Shown: positions 21,055-29,985 of the stretch, piece after piece
Position numbering within the stretch: the stretch's first letter is position 1
Layout of the letters: each line of letters begins with the position of its first letter
DNA from: a bacterium
GTDB taxonomy: Bacteria > Hydrothermota > UBA3073 > JACQXS01 > JAQTXJ01
Assembly: GCA_028688815.1 (NCBI GenBank)
Contig: JAQTXJ010000002.1
Location: forward strand, 21,485-85,484
Reading direction: 5' to 3'
Length of the DNA stretch: 64,000 bases
The notes under the pieces: generated by a model
The model's database searches: none
The model's input: only the letters and a program-made list of their open reading frames with translations
What the model was told of the DNA's origin: nothing
Program-made: the position numbers and the translations under genes

Positions 21055-22808
21055 GCTGTACCTCCTCGTTCTTTTAGTATTTCTCTTATCGCCGGGATTT
21101 TTATTATTACTTCATTTATAAAAGTTTCCATTTCGGTTATGGTCTCTATTTCCAACGCTTTAGTAGCAATCTCTTTTGCTTCTTTCATAGACAAACTTCT
21201 GACGATTTTCTTAACTTCAAGAAGCCTTATCGGCGCTACGGAAAGAACGTCTACTCCCATTCCGATTAAAATTGGAATGGCAATCGGCTCTGCCGCAAGT
21301 TCGCCACAGCAGCTAACCCATTTCCTTGATTTATGCGCCTGTTCGATTGTGGATTTTATTAGTTGAAATACTGCCGGTTGTAACGGATTATAAGAACAGT
21401 TTACTTTAGGATTCGTTCTGTCGCAGGCAAGGGTATATTGAAACAGGTCGTTCGAACCTATGGAAAGAAAATCTGCTTCCTGGGCAAGAGGTCTTGCGAC
21501 TATAGCCGCCGCCGGCACTTCTATCATTACACCAACGCCAATATTTGGGTCGTATGCTATTTTCTCGTTTTTTAGTTCAGTCTTTGCTATCTCTATATAA
21601 AATTTAGCAAGTATCAGTTCTTTTACTTCACTTACCATTGGTAATAATATTCTAACGTTGCCTTTTTGGCTTGCTCGCAAGATAGCCTTAATTTGTGCAA
21701 TAAATAATTTTTTATTTGCAAGGGAATACCTTATCCCCCTACATCCGAGAAAAGGATTTGACTCCGTAAATTTAAGGTCGGCGGTAAGTTTGTCGCCACC
21801 GATATCTAAAGTCCTTATTACTACCGAATTTGGATACATTTTTTCTGCAATGTAATTGTATATTTTATATTGTTCATTTTCGTTTGGTATTTTTTTGCTT
21901 GTTAAATATAGAAACTCCGTTCTTAATAAACCTACCCCGGCCGAGTTGTTTTGTATTGCTAAATCCACTTCTTCCATCACATCTATATTACAGGAGATAT
22001 CTATTGAATTCCCATCTAATGTCTCTGCGGGCAAAGAAATCAGGTTTTTCAGTTCTTTCCCGTATTGCTGGAATCTTTTTATTTTTTTATCGTAAGTCCT
22101 TAATGTAGCTTCATCGGGGTCAATTATTAATACTCCTTGGTTACCGTCAATAATTACGGTGTCATTCATATTTACCAGTTTAGTGGCTTCTTTAAGTCCC
22201 ATTACTGCAGGCATTCCTATGGCTCTTGCCATTATAGCCGTATGAGAATTTTCCCCGCCAAGGTCAGTCGCAATGGCAATTACGTTATCAGACAAAGAAG
22301 CTATTTCGGATGGCGTTAGTTCTTCCGCAATAATGGAATGTTTCGTTTGCATAATATTGCTTTTTTTGGGCTTATAGGTTAAATTTCTCATTAACCTTGT
22401 GGTTACGTCTTTTATGTCGCTTATTCTTGCTTTAAGATACTCATCTTCAATTTTATTTAACCTATATAATATTTTACTCGTTGTCTGTTCTAGCGCCGCT
22501 TCTGCCGTGTCGCCTTTTTTTATGAGGTCAATAGTTCCATCTATTAATGTTTTATCTTCAAGAACAAGAAACTGGGCTTCCAATATTCTTGCCCTGGAAG
22601 CATCGGTTTTTTTTAGGAAATCTTGCTGAATAACCAGTATTTCTTCTTTTGTTTTTTGTTGAGCAAGCTCAAATTTGCTTATCTCATAAGCTTTCCCTTT
22701 ACTTTCTCTAATCGGGACAAAGAATTTTTCCTCTTCGTAAAGGACAGCTTTTGTTATGATTATCCCCGGCGAAGCAGGTATTCCCCTGATTATTTTATTC
22801 CTCATCAA
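21051..22808 (-). CDS. ptsI: Phosphoenolpyruvate-protein phosphotransferase (PTS Enzyme I)
   Basis: GGENSHTAIMARAIGMPAVMG phospho-His region, LRTEFLYL, SIGSNDLFQYTLACDR. 585 aa. Confidence 0.9.
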   Translation of the reverse strand: MMRNKIIRGIPASPGIIITKAVLYEEEKFFVPIRESKGKAYEISKFELAQQKTKEEILVIQQDFLKKTDASRARILEAQFLVLEDKTLIDGTIDLIKKGDTAEAALEQTTSKILYRLNKIEDEYLKARISDIKDVTTRLMRNLTYKPKKSNIMQTKHSIIAEELTPSEIASLSDNVIAIATDLGGENSHTAIMARAIGMPAVMGLKEATKLVNMNDTVIIDGNQGVLIIDPDEATLRTYDKKIKRFQQYGKELKNLISLPAETLDGNSIDISCNIDVMEEVDLAIQNNSAGVGLLRTEFLYLTSKKIPNENEQYKIYNYIAEKMYPNSVVIRTLDIGGDKLTADLKFTESNPFLGCRGIRYSLANKKLFIAQIKAILRASQKGNVRILLPMVSEVKELILAKFYIEIAKTELKNEKIAYDPNIGVGVMIEVPAAAIVARPLAQEADFLSIGSNDLFQYTLACDRTNPKVNCSYNPLQPAVFQLIKSTIEQAHKSRKWVSCCGELAAEPIAIPILIGMGVDVLSVAPIRLLEVKKIVRSLSMKEAKEIATKALEIETITEMETFINEVIIKIPAIREILKERGGTA

Positions 22809-23061
22809 AACCTCTTTCTATGATTTCTATAATAGTAGTCATAGCTTTTTCTTCATCTACACCGTCGGCCGTTATTTTAATTTTTGTTCCATTATATGCC
22901 TCAAGCAGCAATAATTCCATAATGGATTTCGCATTTACGGATTCCCCATCTTTTTCAAAAGTTATGTTTGATTTGTATTTACTTGCCGCCTTGACAATCA
23001 TCGTTGCCGGCCTTGCATGAATTCCTAACTTATTCTTTATTACAATTTCTTTTTTTACCAC
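22795..23061 (-). CDS. ptsH: Phosphocarrier protein HPr
   Basis: 88 aa. GIHARPAT active-site His15 region and a serine-46 region (NAKSIMELL). Confidence 0.85.
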   Translation of the reverse strand: MVKKEIVIKNKLGIHARPATMIVKAASKYKSNITFEKDGESVNAKSIMELLLLEAYNGTKIKITADGVDEEKAMTTIIEIIERGFDEE

Positions 23062-23115
23062 TTTAATTTCTAAGGAAATTTCTTATAAATGTATTCTATA
23101 TTCCAATCGAATATG

Positions 23116-23469
23116 TTATGGGATTACTTTGCCAATTACAGATTTTTCAATAGTCATCTCTGCTTTTGGCGAAGCGGATATTTGTATAGTAATAGTAGTC
23201 TTATCTATTTTAATTACCGTTCCGTGAATCCCTCCGGACGTTACTATCTTATCTCCATTTTTTACATTCTTAATCATATCCATCAATTTTTTTTGCTGCT
23301 GTCTTTGTGGAAATAGTATAAGAAAATAGAATATAACCATTATAAGAATAAGCGGAACCATAGTCATTAAAGAACTTCCTTTTTGGGGCGTTCCGGTTGC
23401 CGGCGCTGCCATTGCAAACATATTTGTAGTTCCAAAAACCATTGCGAGAAGTGTAGCAAGTTTTTTCAT
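23116..23469 (-). CDS. yajC: Preprotein translocase subunit YajC
   Basis: Single TM followed by PQRQQQKKLMDMIKNVKNGDKIVTSGGIHGTVIKID, the YajC signature. The true start may be the internal Met at 23367. Confidence 0.75.
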   Translation of the reverse strand: MKKLATLLAMVFGTTNMFAMAAPATGTPQKGSSLMTMVPLILIMVIFYFLILFPQRQQQKKLMDMIKNVKNGDKIVTSGGIHGTVIKIDKTTITIQISASPKAEMTIEKSVIGKVIP

Positions 23470-23503
23470 TTTTCTCCTTTTCGTTGGGTTTTTAATCCCA
23501 TGC

Positions 23504-24157
23504 CTATAAGGGTAGGCAGGCGGGTTGAAAAACCCAGATTTCTTGTTTTGCAGGCAGTTTTATTTCTGCAACTGTTCCTGCTTGTTTTATATTTAATTTC
23601 CCTTTTGTAAATTCTTCCAAATTTGAAATCGGAAGTGTTGTCCCGGACGTTTTGTAATGCATAGGTATTACAATCATTGGTCCCAGAGTGTCTACAACTT
23701 TTTGTGCTTCTTCTGAAGTTATCGTATAAGTTCCTCCTATAGGAATAAACAATACATCTATTTTCCCAATATTATTTTTAAGTTCAGGTGTAATTAAATG
23801 TCCCAAATCTCCTGTATGACAGAAAGTTATTCCATCTGCCTTGAATACAAAAATGGTGTTTTTTCCCCTTTGTGAGCCTGAAACATTATCATGATAAGAC
23901 AGAATACCGTTGAAAGTTATTCCGTTTACGGTAGAGACACCCAAATTCTTTATAATGGTTGGATTGCCAGGAATATTATCAGTATAATTATGGTCCATAT
24001 GTTCGTGTGATATGAGAACAATATCCGTTTTTTCCGTTATAGGATTGTATTTTATTTTTCCTCCTAAACCATCGGATTTATAAGGGTCAGTAATTATTTT
24101 TATTCCTTCTCTTGTCTCAAAAAGAAAACTCGAATGAGCCAAATACTTTATTTTCAT
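23504..24157 (-). CDS. Metallo-beta-lactamase-fold hydrolase
   Basis: HxHxDH motif (ISHEHMDHNY) and downstream His/Asp ligands. 217 aa. Confidence 0.7.
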   Translation of the reverse strand: MKIKYLAHSSFLFETREGIKIITDPYKSDGLGGKIKYNPITEKTDIVLISHEHMDHNYTDNIPGNPTIIKNLGVSTVNGITFNGILSYHDNVSGSQRGKNTIFVFKADGITFCHTGDLGHLITPELKNNIGKIDVLFIPIGGTYTITSEEAQKVVDTLGPMIVIPMHYKTSGTTLPISNLEEFTKGKLNIKQAGTVAEIKLPAKQEIWVFQPACLPL

Positions 24158-24271
24158 ATTCTTCTTTTTATATCCCTGTCTATTGTCAGTCAGGTTTTCT
24201 AATCCTATACCTTTTATTTGTAAGTGTCAAGAATAAAATCCCTCTGAAATTTGCAACTTAATTTTTAGGGG

Positions 24272-25024
24272 TTAAGCGGTTTCCTGCTCTTTCAAAAAAC
24301 GAGTAATCTTCTCTATATTTTCTAAGTTTAATCCGGAATCCATTATTATACTTTTCTCAACCGGTTTTGTTAATATCTTTACCTGTGTCCTTTTATTGTC
24401 TATTTTTTGGATATCAAATAGAATCATATTTTTATTTAATTTTCCTATTTCAACTTTGATTCTACCTTCTGCCGGTTCGGCGTTGATAACATTATATTTT
24501 TTTATAAACCCGGGAGATGCAAGGCATAATTCAAACGTCTTATCATACGGAATGTTCAATTCCATATTTCGTATATGCTGAACGCCCATTGCTCCCTCAA
24601 ACATTTTAATGTCTAATTTTTTAAGTTTGTTTTGTACGGATATCTTATTGTTTAATATCATAAAGCTTCCAAAAGCCACTCCCCCGCATAATAATCCAAC
24701 AAGTAAACCAATTATACCATGTTCCGCCAATTCAATTGTTCCCATAAATATTCCAAAAGCAATTGTATTGAACAGAAACATTTTTAAAAGATATTTTTTG
24801 TTCTGAATAGGCAGAATATCAAATTCTGTTTCGAATTTTCTAATTCTTGTATGTGGGAAAAATGCCCATTCCAGGGCTCCCCATAAAAAGGACATTATTA
24901 ATCCTGCAACCAATCCCATTATAATTCCATTTAATCCATATTCCTCAATAAATGTCCATTCATAAAAAAATATTAAAAGTATTCCTGACAAAAATGTATT
25001 CCAGAGAGATTTTAAAAATTTCAT
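24272..25024 (-). CDS. Hypothetical membrane protein (4 TM + soluble C-terminal domain)
   Basis: Hydrophobic helices in the N-terminal half. Start trimmed to the Met preceded by a GGAGGAAAGA SD site. Confidence 0.35.
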   Translation of the reverse strand: MKFLKSLWNTFLSGILLIFFYEWTFIEEYGLNGIIMGLVAGLIMSFLWGALEWAFFPHTRIRKFETEFDILPIQNKKYLLKMFLFNTIAFGIFMGTIELAEHGIIGLLVGLLCGGVAFGSFMILNNKISVQNKLKKLDIKMFEGAMGVQHIRNMELNIPYDKTFELCLASPGFIKKYNVINAEPAEGRIKVEIGKLNKNMILFDIQKIDNKRTQVKILTKPVEKSIIMDSGLNLENIEKITRFLKEQETA

Positions 25025-25105
25025 TCTTTCCTCCAACAGGTAGTGCCCCCTGTCTGATTTCTTATCCTTACATTTTTTACCTAAAAACTTATCGTTTGTC
25101 AACCC

Positions 25106-25708
25106 TTAAAGGTCTATGATAGACTGAATTGTATCATAACTTATCCCCCGTCTTGCCAGGAATCCTATAAGTTTTTGATTTGCCTCTTTTTCCGGTAAAT
25201 TACTATGCAGTCGTCTCCATTTTTCTGCAATATGTTTTGCAGTCTCAAGCTCGGAAATACCTGTTTCGTCAAAAGCTTGTTTTATTATTTCTTCTGAAAT
25301 TCCTTTTGCTTTGAGTCCGGCTTTTAATCTAAAGCTTCCATAAGCATTTCTGTAACTTTCCAACCATAACTTTGCATATGTTAAATCATTCAATAACCCT
25401 AATCTTTCAAGTTCATTGATTACTTCGTTGATATATTTTATTTCGTATTCCTTTTGCTTTAATTTTTCGATTAATTCTTTTTTTGACCGCGCTCTATAAG
25501 ATAAAAGCATTAATGCTTTTTCTTTTGTTTTATGCTTTTCTTCCGATTGAACAATTTCTTTTAATTCTTCGGGAGTTATTTCTTTACCTTCCCTGAGACA
25601 AAACCCAAATAAAACCTGTTCATCTACCCCTGCAATAAACTCATTATCTATAAATATCGAATACCTTTTGGATTTGTGTTTCTGTTGTCCTATTTTTGTT
25701 ATTTTCAT
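25106..25708 (-). CDS. recX: Recombination regulator RecX
   Basis: Bacillus-type N-terminus (ITKIGQQKHKSKRYSIFIDNEF...GVDEQVL) and repeated three-helix modules (LLSYRARSKKELIEKL...). Confidence 0.7.
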   Translation of the reverse strand: MKITKIGQQKHKSKRYSIFIDNEFIAGVDEQVLFGFCLREGKEITPEELKEIVQSEEKHKTKEKALMLLSYRARSKKELIEKLKQKEYEIKYINEVINELERLGLLNDLTYAKLWLESYRNAYGSFRLKAGLKAKGISEEIIKQAFDETGISELETAKHIAEKWRRLHSNLPEKEANQKLIGFLARRGISYDTIQSIIDL

Positions 25709-25711
25709 TTC

Positions 25712-26458
25712 TTAATGCAAATGGATACAAATTTTTGTTCCTATCCGAGCTTTGAGTTTTTTAGCGCAATTTCCATTTGGGAGAGATATTTCTAGGAAAC
25801 CCGCACTGCCTTTTATGGCAATAGGGTAGACTCCCGTGTAAGATTTTTCTATCCCAATTATCGTAAGTCCCTTTATCGTAATTTTTACTTTCTTCGACAA
25901 TTTAGCAGATTCAATATTTGTTATAAGATTGCCAAACCCATCAATGTCAATAATTTCGCCTTCAATAGTATCTTTGCTTTTTTGGGGTGCAGGTATTTTG
26001 AAGAATGTCCATTGCTTAAGTTCTTCCCCGAGTTGAGTAATTTTAATCCCTTTGCTTAGTTTTGCGGCAACAGGGGCAAAAATATCCTTACCATGAAACG
26101 TATTGCTTATGTTCTTAGGAATAGGTTTTATTGAATAAACTTTACATCTTTCGTAAGTATATATCCAGCTAAATATTCCATTATCAGGACCTACAAAATA
26201 ATAATCGTTTGTTTTAATAATTATCGGTAATCGTTTTGTGCCAACTCCCGGGTCAACTACAACAAGAAAAATTGTGTTAGCAGGAAAATATTTATACGCA
26301 GTAAATAACCTGAATGCGGCTTTTTTGATATCTCCTTGCGGGATAGAATGGGTAATATCAACAAACCGCAGTTCAGGGTTTATTTTTAGCATTACGCCTT
26401 TCATTATAGCAGTATATGTATCTTCAAGCCCAAAATCGGTTAAAATAGCAATTGTCAT
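25712..26458 (-). CDS. SAM hydroxide adenosyltransferase family protein (DUF62)
   Basis: N-terminal IAILTDFGLEDTYTAIMKGVM motif characteristic of the SalL/fluorinase-like DUF62 family. Confidence 0.7.
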   Translation of the reverse strand: MTIAILTDFGLEDTYTAIMKGVMLKINPELRFVDITHSIPQGDIKKAAFRLFTAYKYFPANTIFLVVVDPGVGTKRLPIIIKTNDYYFVGPDNGIFSWIYTYERCKVYSIKPIPKNISNTFHGKDIFAPVAAKLSKGIKITQLGEELKQWTFFKIPAPQKSKDTIEGEIIDIDGFGNLITNIESAKLSKKVKITIKGLTIIGIEKSYTGVYPIAIKGSAGFLEISLPNGNCAKKLKARIGTKICIHLH

Positions 26459-26628
26459 AATATTCTTCTCAACTCAACCATTATGATTTATTTTTTTAAG
26501 GTGTCAAGAAATTAAAACTCTGTTTACTGGTAAAACAGAAGATTAAATCCTCCATAATTTTAAAAAACAATAAATGGACTTGACAAGACGAATGAAATAT
26601 TATAAGAATATAATAGGAAAAATAGAAT

Positions 26629-28686
26629 ATGCAAAGAACTTATTACAAGGTGCGGATTATGTGTATATCCTTGGTATTATTGGCCATTACTCCATATTTT
26701 GTTTTCTCTGATGAAGCCAGTCAGGGGCAGGCAGCATTTTCTACAATTGAAATTGGGTTTGGTGCAAGAAATGCGTCTATGGGAAACGCAGCAGCCGGAC
26801 TTAGTGATGACATAAATACTATATGGTGGAATCCTGCAGGACTGGGGCAATTACAATTAGGAGAAGCAAGTTTATCTTATCACTCGTGGTTTCAAGGTTG
26901 GAAAGATAGTTACGGAAGCGTAGGATACAATACACCAAAAGGATATGTTGCTGCCGGTTTTATATATTCTGATGTTTCAGGAATGGAAATACGTACAAGG
27001 CAAGATCAACCGATACCGGGGACTTATAAAACTTATGAATCTATTTTTTCTCTGGGCTACGGGAACAGGTGGAAAAAGAATCTTTACTATGGCGCAACTT
27101 TATTGGGTTTCTATGTTAATTTGAATGATGATATTGGTAAGGCAGTAGCAACAAACTTAGGCGTCCTATGGAAATATAATAGAAACGGAGTAGGCATATG
27201 TGTACAGAATCTTGGGACAACGGTTGAGTATTATTATAAGTCTTCTGATTATTTGCCAAGAACTTTAAGAATTGGAGCCAATATATCTCCTGTTGATAAA
27301 ATGAATACTTTATTTGAAATTGCAATACCGCAATTCGGGGAAGAGAATGTTGGCATAGGTTTGGAATATTGGCTAAACGATATGATAGCGCTAAGAGGTG
27401 GATATCGGACAATAGGATCAGAAGGGGGTAAGTACTTTGAGGTAATCGATAAGATAAGTATGGGTTTTGGAATAAAATATAAAAATATTGGTTTTGATTA
27501 TGCCTATGCTAATTGTTGGGACTTAGGGATGGTACACAGAATAACACTCGGGTATGTATTCGGCAGCCCTGCTAAAACAAGAACCGGAAACATTATAGTA
27601 AAAGTTATAGATTCCGAAACTAAAAAGCCATTACAATCAATAGTTATAATTAGTGGAACTGTGTCTGACACAGTGCTTACATCAGGCAAAACAGGCACAA
27701 GAACAATGGAAAATGTACCAATAGGACAGGTAATAATAAGGGCAGAAAAAGACTTTTTCACACCAAAAGAAGATACCTTGACGCTTGGCTGGTATGATAC
27801 GAAAAAATTAGAAATAGCTCTGAAATATACCGGGCCTAAAGATGTCCCCCATGAAAGGGCAGTAAAAGGAATATTTGGTAAAGTAACGGGTAGTGATACA
27901 AAATTACCTGTCAATGCTACGATAACTTATAAAGGTCCGGAAAATGGCTCGGTTACAACTGACTCAAGCGGATGGTATGCAGTAGATAATTTACTGCCGG
28001 GAGACTATACATTAAATATAGAATCCAACTCTCATAATTATTTTCCACAGGTTATAGAAAATGTAACGGTACAGAAAGGCAAAGCGACACTAACCCATTG
28101 TGACTTAACAAAAGTAAAAATAATGAGACTTTATTTTGAAAGAGATCGCGCTTATGTGCATCCTAACGATTACCCTGTGCTTGACAATATGGCATCTTTT
28201 GTGCAAAAATATCGTGAAAACACATTTGAAATAAATGGTCATACGGACCCAAGACCAACAACAAAATTCAAGAGTAATAAAGAATTATCTTACGCAAGAG
28301 CTAATTCGGTAAAAGAATATCTTATCTCTAAAGGTATACCTTCTTACAGGCTTTCCGTAAAAGGATTTGGTTCTGACCAACCGATAGCCTCCAACGACAC
28401 TGAAGAAGGAATGGCATTCAACAGGAGAATAGAAATTGTAATGAATCCTCCAACTACACCTTTAACACCAACTCAAACTACTCCAGATTCACTAAAAACA
28501 AAATCTAATACTTCAAAGTCAACCAAAACAAAAAGCGTACAAAATTCAGATTCGCTAAAAACAAAACCGCAAGTCTTAGATTCAACCAAAACAAATAATA
28601 TACAGACTCTGGATTCTTTGAAAGCAATACCCGGGCCCGATTCAATTTCAACTAAAAAAGGGAAAAAAGTTTCAAAGAAGAAATAA
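26629..28686 (+). CDS. Outer-membrane protein: FadL/PorQ-like beta-barrel + 2 carboxypeptidase-regulatory-like domains + OmpA-family peptidoglycan-binding domain + DSLKT-repeat tail
   Basis: Signal peptide. GFGARNASMGNAAAGLSDDINTIWWNPAGL (FadL/OMPP1/PorQ N-terminal signature). Two Ig-like CRD segments (GNIIVKVIDSETKKPL…; GKVTGSDTKLPVNATITY…). OmpA_C motifs (NGHTD…SYARANSVKEYL…NRRIEIV). C-terminal DSLKTK repeats. Confidence 0.6.
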   Translation: MQRTYYKVRIMCISLVLLAITPYFVFSDEASQGQAAFSTIEIGFGARNASMGNAAAGLSDDINTIWWNPAGLGQLQLGEASLSYHSWFQGWKDSYGSVGYNTPKGYVAAGFIYSDVSGMEIRTRQDQPIPGTYKTYESIFSLGYGNRWKKNLYYGATLLGFYVNLNDDIGKAVATNLGVLWKYNRNGVGICVQNLGTTVEYYYKSSDYLPRTLRIGANISPVDKMNTLFEIAIPQFGEENVGIGLEYWLNDMIALRGGYRTIGSEGGKYFEVIDKISMGFGIKYKNIGFDYAYANCWDLGMVHRITLGYVFGSPAKTRTGNIIVKVIDSETKKPLQSIVIISGTVSDTVLTSGKTGTRTMENVPIGQVIIRAEKDFFTPKEDTLTLGWYDTKKLEIALKYTGPKDVPHERAVKGIFGKVTGSDTKLPVNATITYKGPENGSVTTDSSGWYAVDNLLPGDYTLNIESNSHNYFPQVIENVTVQKGKATLTHCDLTKVKIMRLYFERDRAYVHPNDYPVLDNMASFVQKYRENTFEINGHTDPRPTTKFKSNKELSYARANSVKEYLISKGIPSYRLSVKGFGSDQPIASNDTEEGMAFNRRIEIVMNPPTTPLTPTQTTPDSLKTKSNTSKSTKTKSVQNSDSLKTKPQVLDSTKTNNIQTLDSLKAIPGPDSISTKKGKKVSKKK

Positions 28687-28745
28687 ACTCTAGCAGTTAA
28701 TTACACCAAATCGAACCCATATTTTGTAAACATATCTTAATTATA

Positions 28746-29963
28746 TTATTTAAGTGGATTTGTTAGTCTGCCGATAAACAAAATACTTCCGGAACGATTA
28801 TCCCTGATTAAAAATATAAAAGGATGGTCTGCGCGAAAAACCGGAATTTGCTTTTCTGACATAGAGAACCCCTTTGTCATTACTACGGCAGTTGCTGCTG
28901 CAGCCTCAGTGCCTTTTTCGTTCACATCTACAAAAGCTTTATGAATTACTGCGGAGATAAACAACTCTTTGGTTTCTGTTATTCCTGAAAAATCTGCAGG
29001 TGGTAAAGAGAAAGCATCAGACATTCCCATAGATTCAAGCACTTCTTTTAAACTGAATTCCGAAGTTGTTTTAAACTTTGGGAAGAAAACACGAACTTCC
29101 TGATTTTTAAGACTTTCTATCCACTTATTCAGACTGTCAAATACAAGAAAGTTTTCCAACTCGGCAAGACCGTCAATTTTTTTCGGTAGCAGAACAAACA
29201 TTGATAAATTATTACCTTTGTATGGCAGTTCAATTGCCTGGAATTTATCTGCTTCCATAAAATTAAATGGTTCTTTTTTAGACATCATAAGCACTTGAAC
29301 TTTTTTATCCGGCTTTACATAAAATGGAGCTTTTTTTGTTCCCTTTTTATCAAACTCATTAACCCAATCACCTTTGAAATATATTGCATTGGTCAAAACC
29401 AGACGGGTATCACCATTAAGAATTCCCGGTTTAATAAGCTCTTTGATTTTATTTTTGGTTTGTTCTTCAACCCAGTCATTAATGGTTTTACGTGCCGATT
29501 CCGTATCCCCGAAATCGACTTCATTAAATCCTGCTCCATAATTAATCTTTGTAACTTCAAGAAATTCGTTAAGAAATTTATACCCTTTTTGTCCCCATAA
29601 AGCGTTGGCAATATTTAATTGATAGTTTTTGTTTTCTTTCTGAGTTTTGGCAATTAAATCTTTAAATGCCGGGTGTAAACTTGTTGAATCTAACATTCCA
29701 AAATGTAAAACTTCAGCCATTTGTGTTTGAGTATTCCCTTTTGCGCCTGCATAAGTCATTGCCAAAGCAGTTGAAATGCTATATGGGGAAAAGAATAAAT
29801 TGCCTTCGTTGTTTTTCAAATTCGCATAAAGCTCAAGCGCAAAAGTATTGTTTCCGTTAACCAATAAATCTTTTTTGTTTACAACCGTTTCATTTGAAAA
29901 AACATTTCCCGTTATTAAGATAAGAACAAGCAAACTCATAAAAAAGCTATAGATTCTTTTCAT
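28746..29963 (-). CDS. Secreted serpin (serine protease inhibitor)
   Basis: Signal peptide. FALELYANL…NLFFSPYSISTALAMTYAGAKGNT serpin N-terminal signature and C-terminal hinge/RCL region (GTEAAAATAVVMT). Confidence 0.8.
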   Translation of the reverse strand: MKRIYSFFMSLLVLILITGNVFSNETVVNKKDLLVNGNNTFALELYANLKNNEGNLFFSPYSISTALAMTYAGAKGNTQTQMAEVLHFGMLDSTSLHPAFKDLIAKTQKENKNYQLNIANALWGQKGYKFLNEFLEVTKINYGAGFNEVDFGDTESARKTINDWVEEQTKNKIKELIKPGILNGDTRLVLTNAIYFKGDWVNEFDKKGTKKAPFYVKPDKKVQVLMMSKKEPFNFMEADKFQAIELPYKGNNLSMFVLLPKKIDGLAELENFLVFDSLNKWIESLKNQEVRVFFPKFKTTSEFSLKEVLESMGMSDAFSLPPADFSGITETKELFISAVIHKAFVDVNEKGTEAAAATAVVMTKGFSMSEKQIPVFRADHPFIFLIRDNRSGSILFIGRLTNPLK

Positions 29964-29985
29964 ATTTACTCCTTTTATTAGAAAG

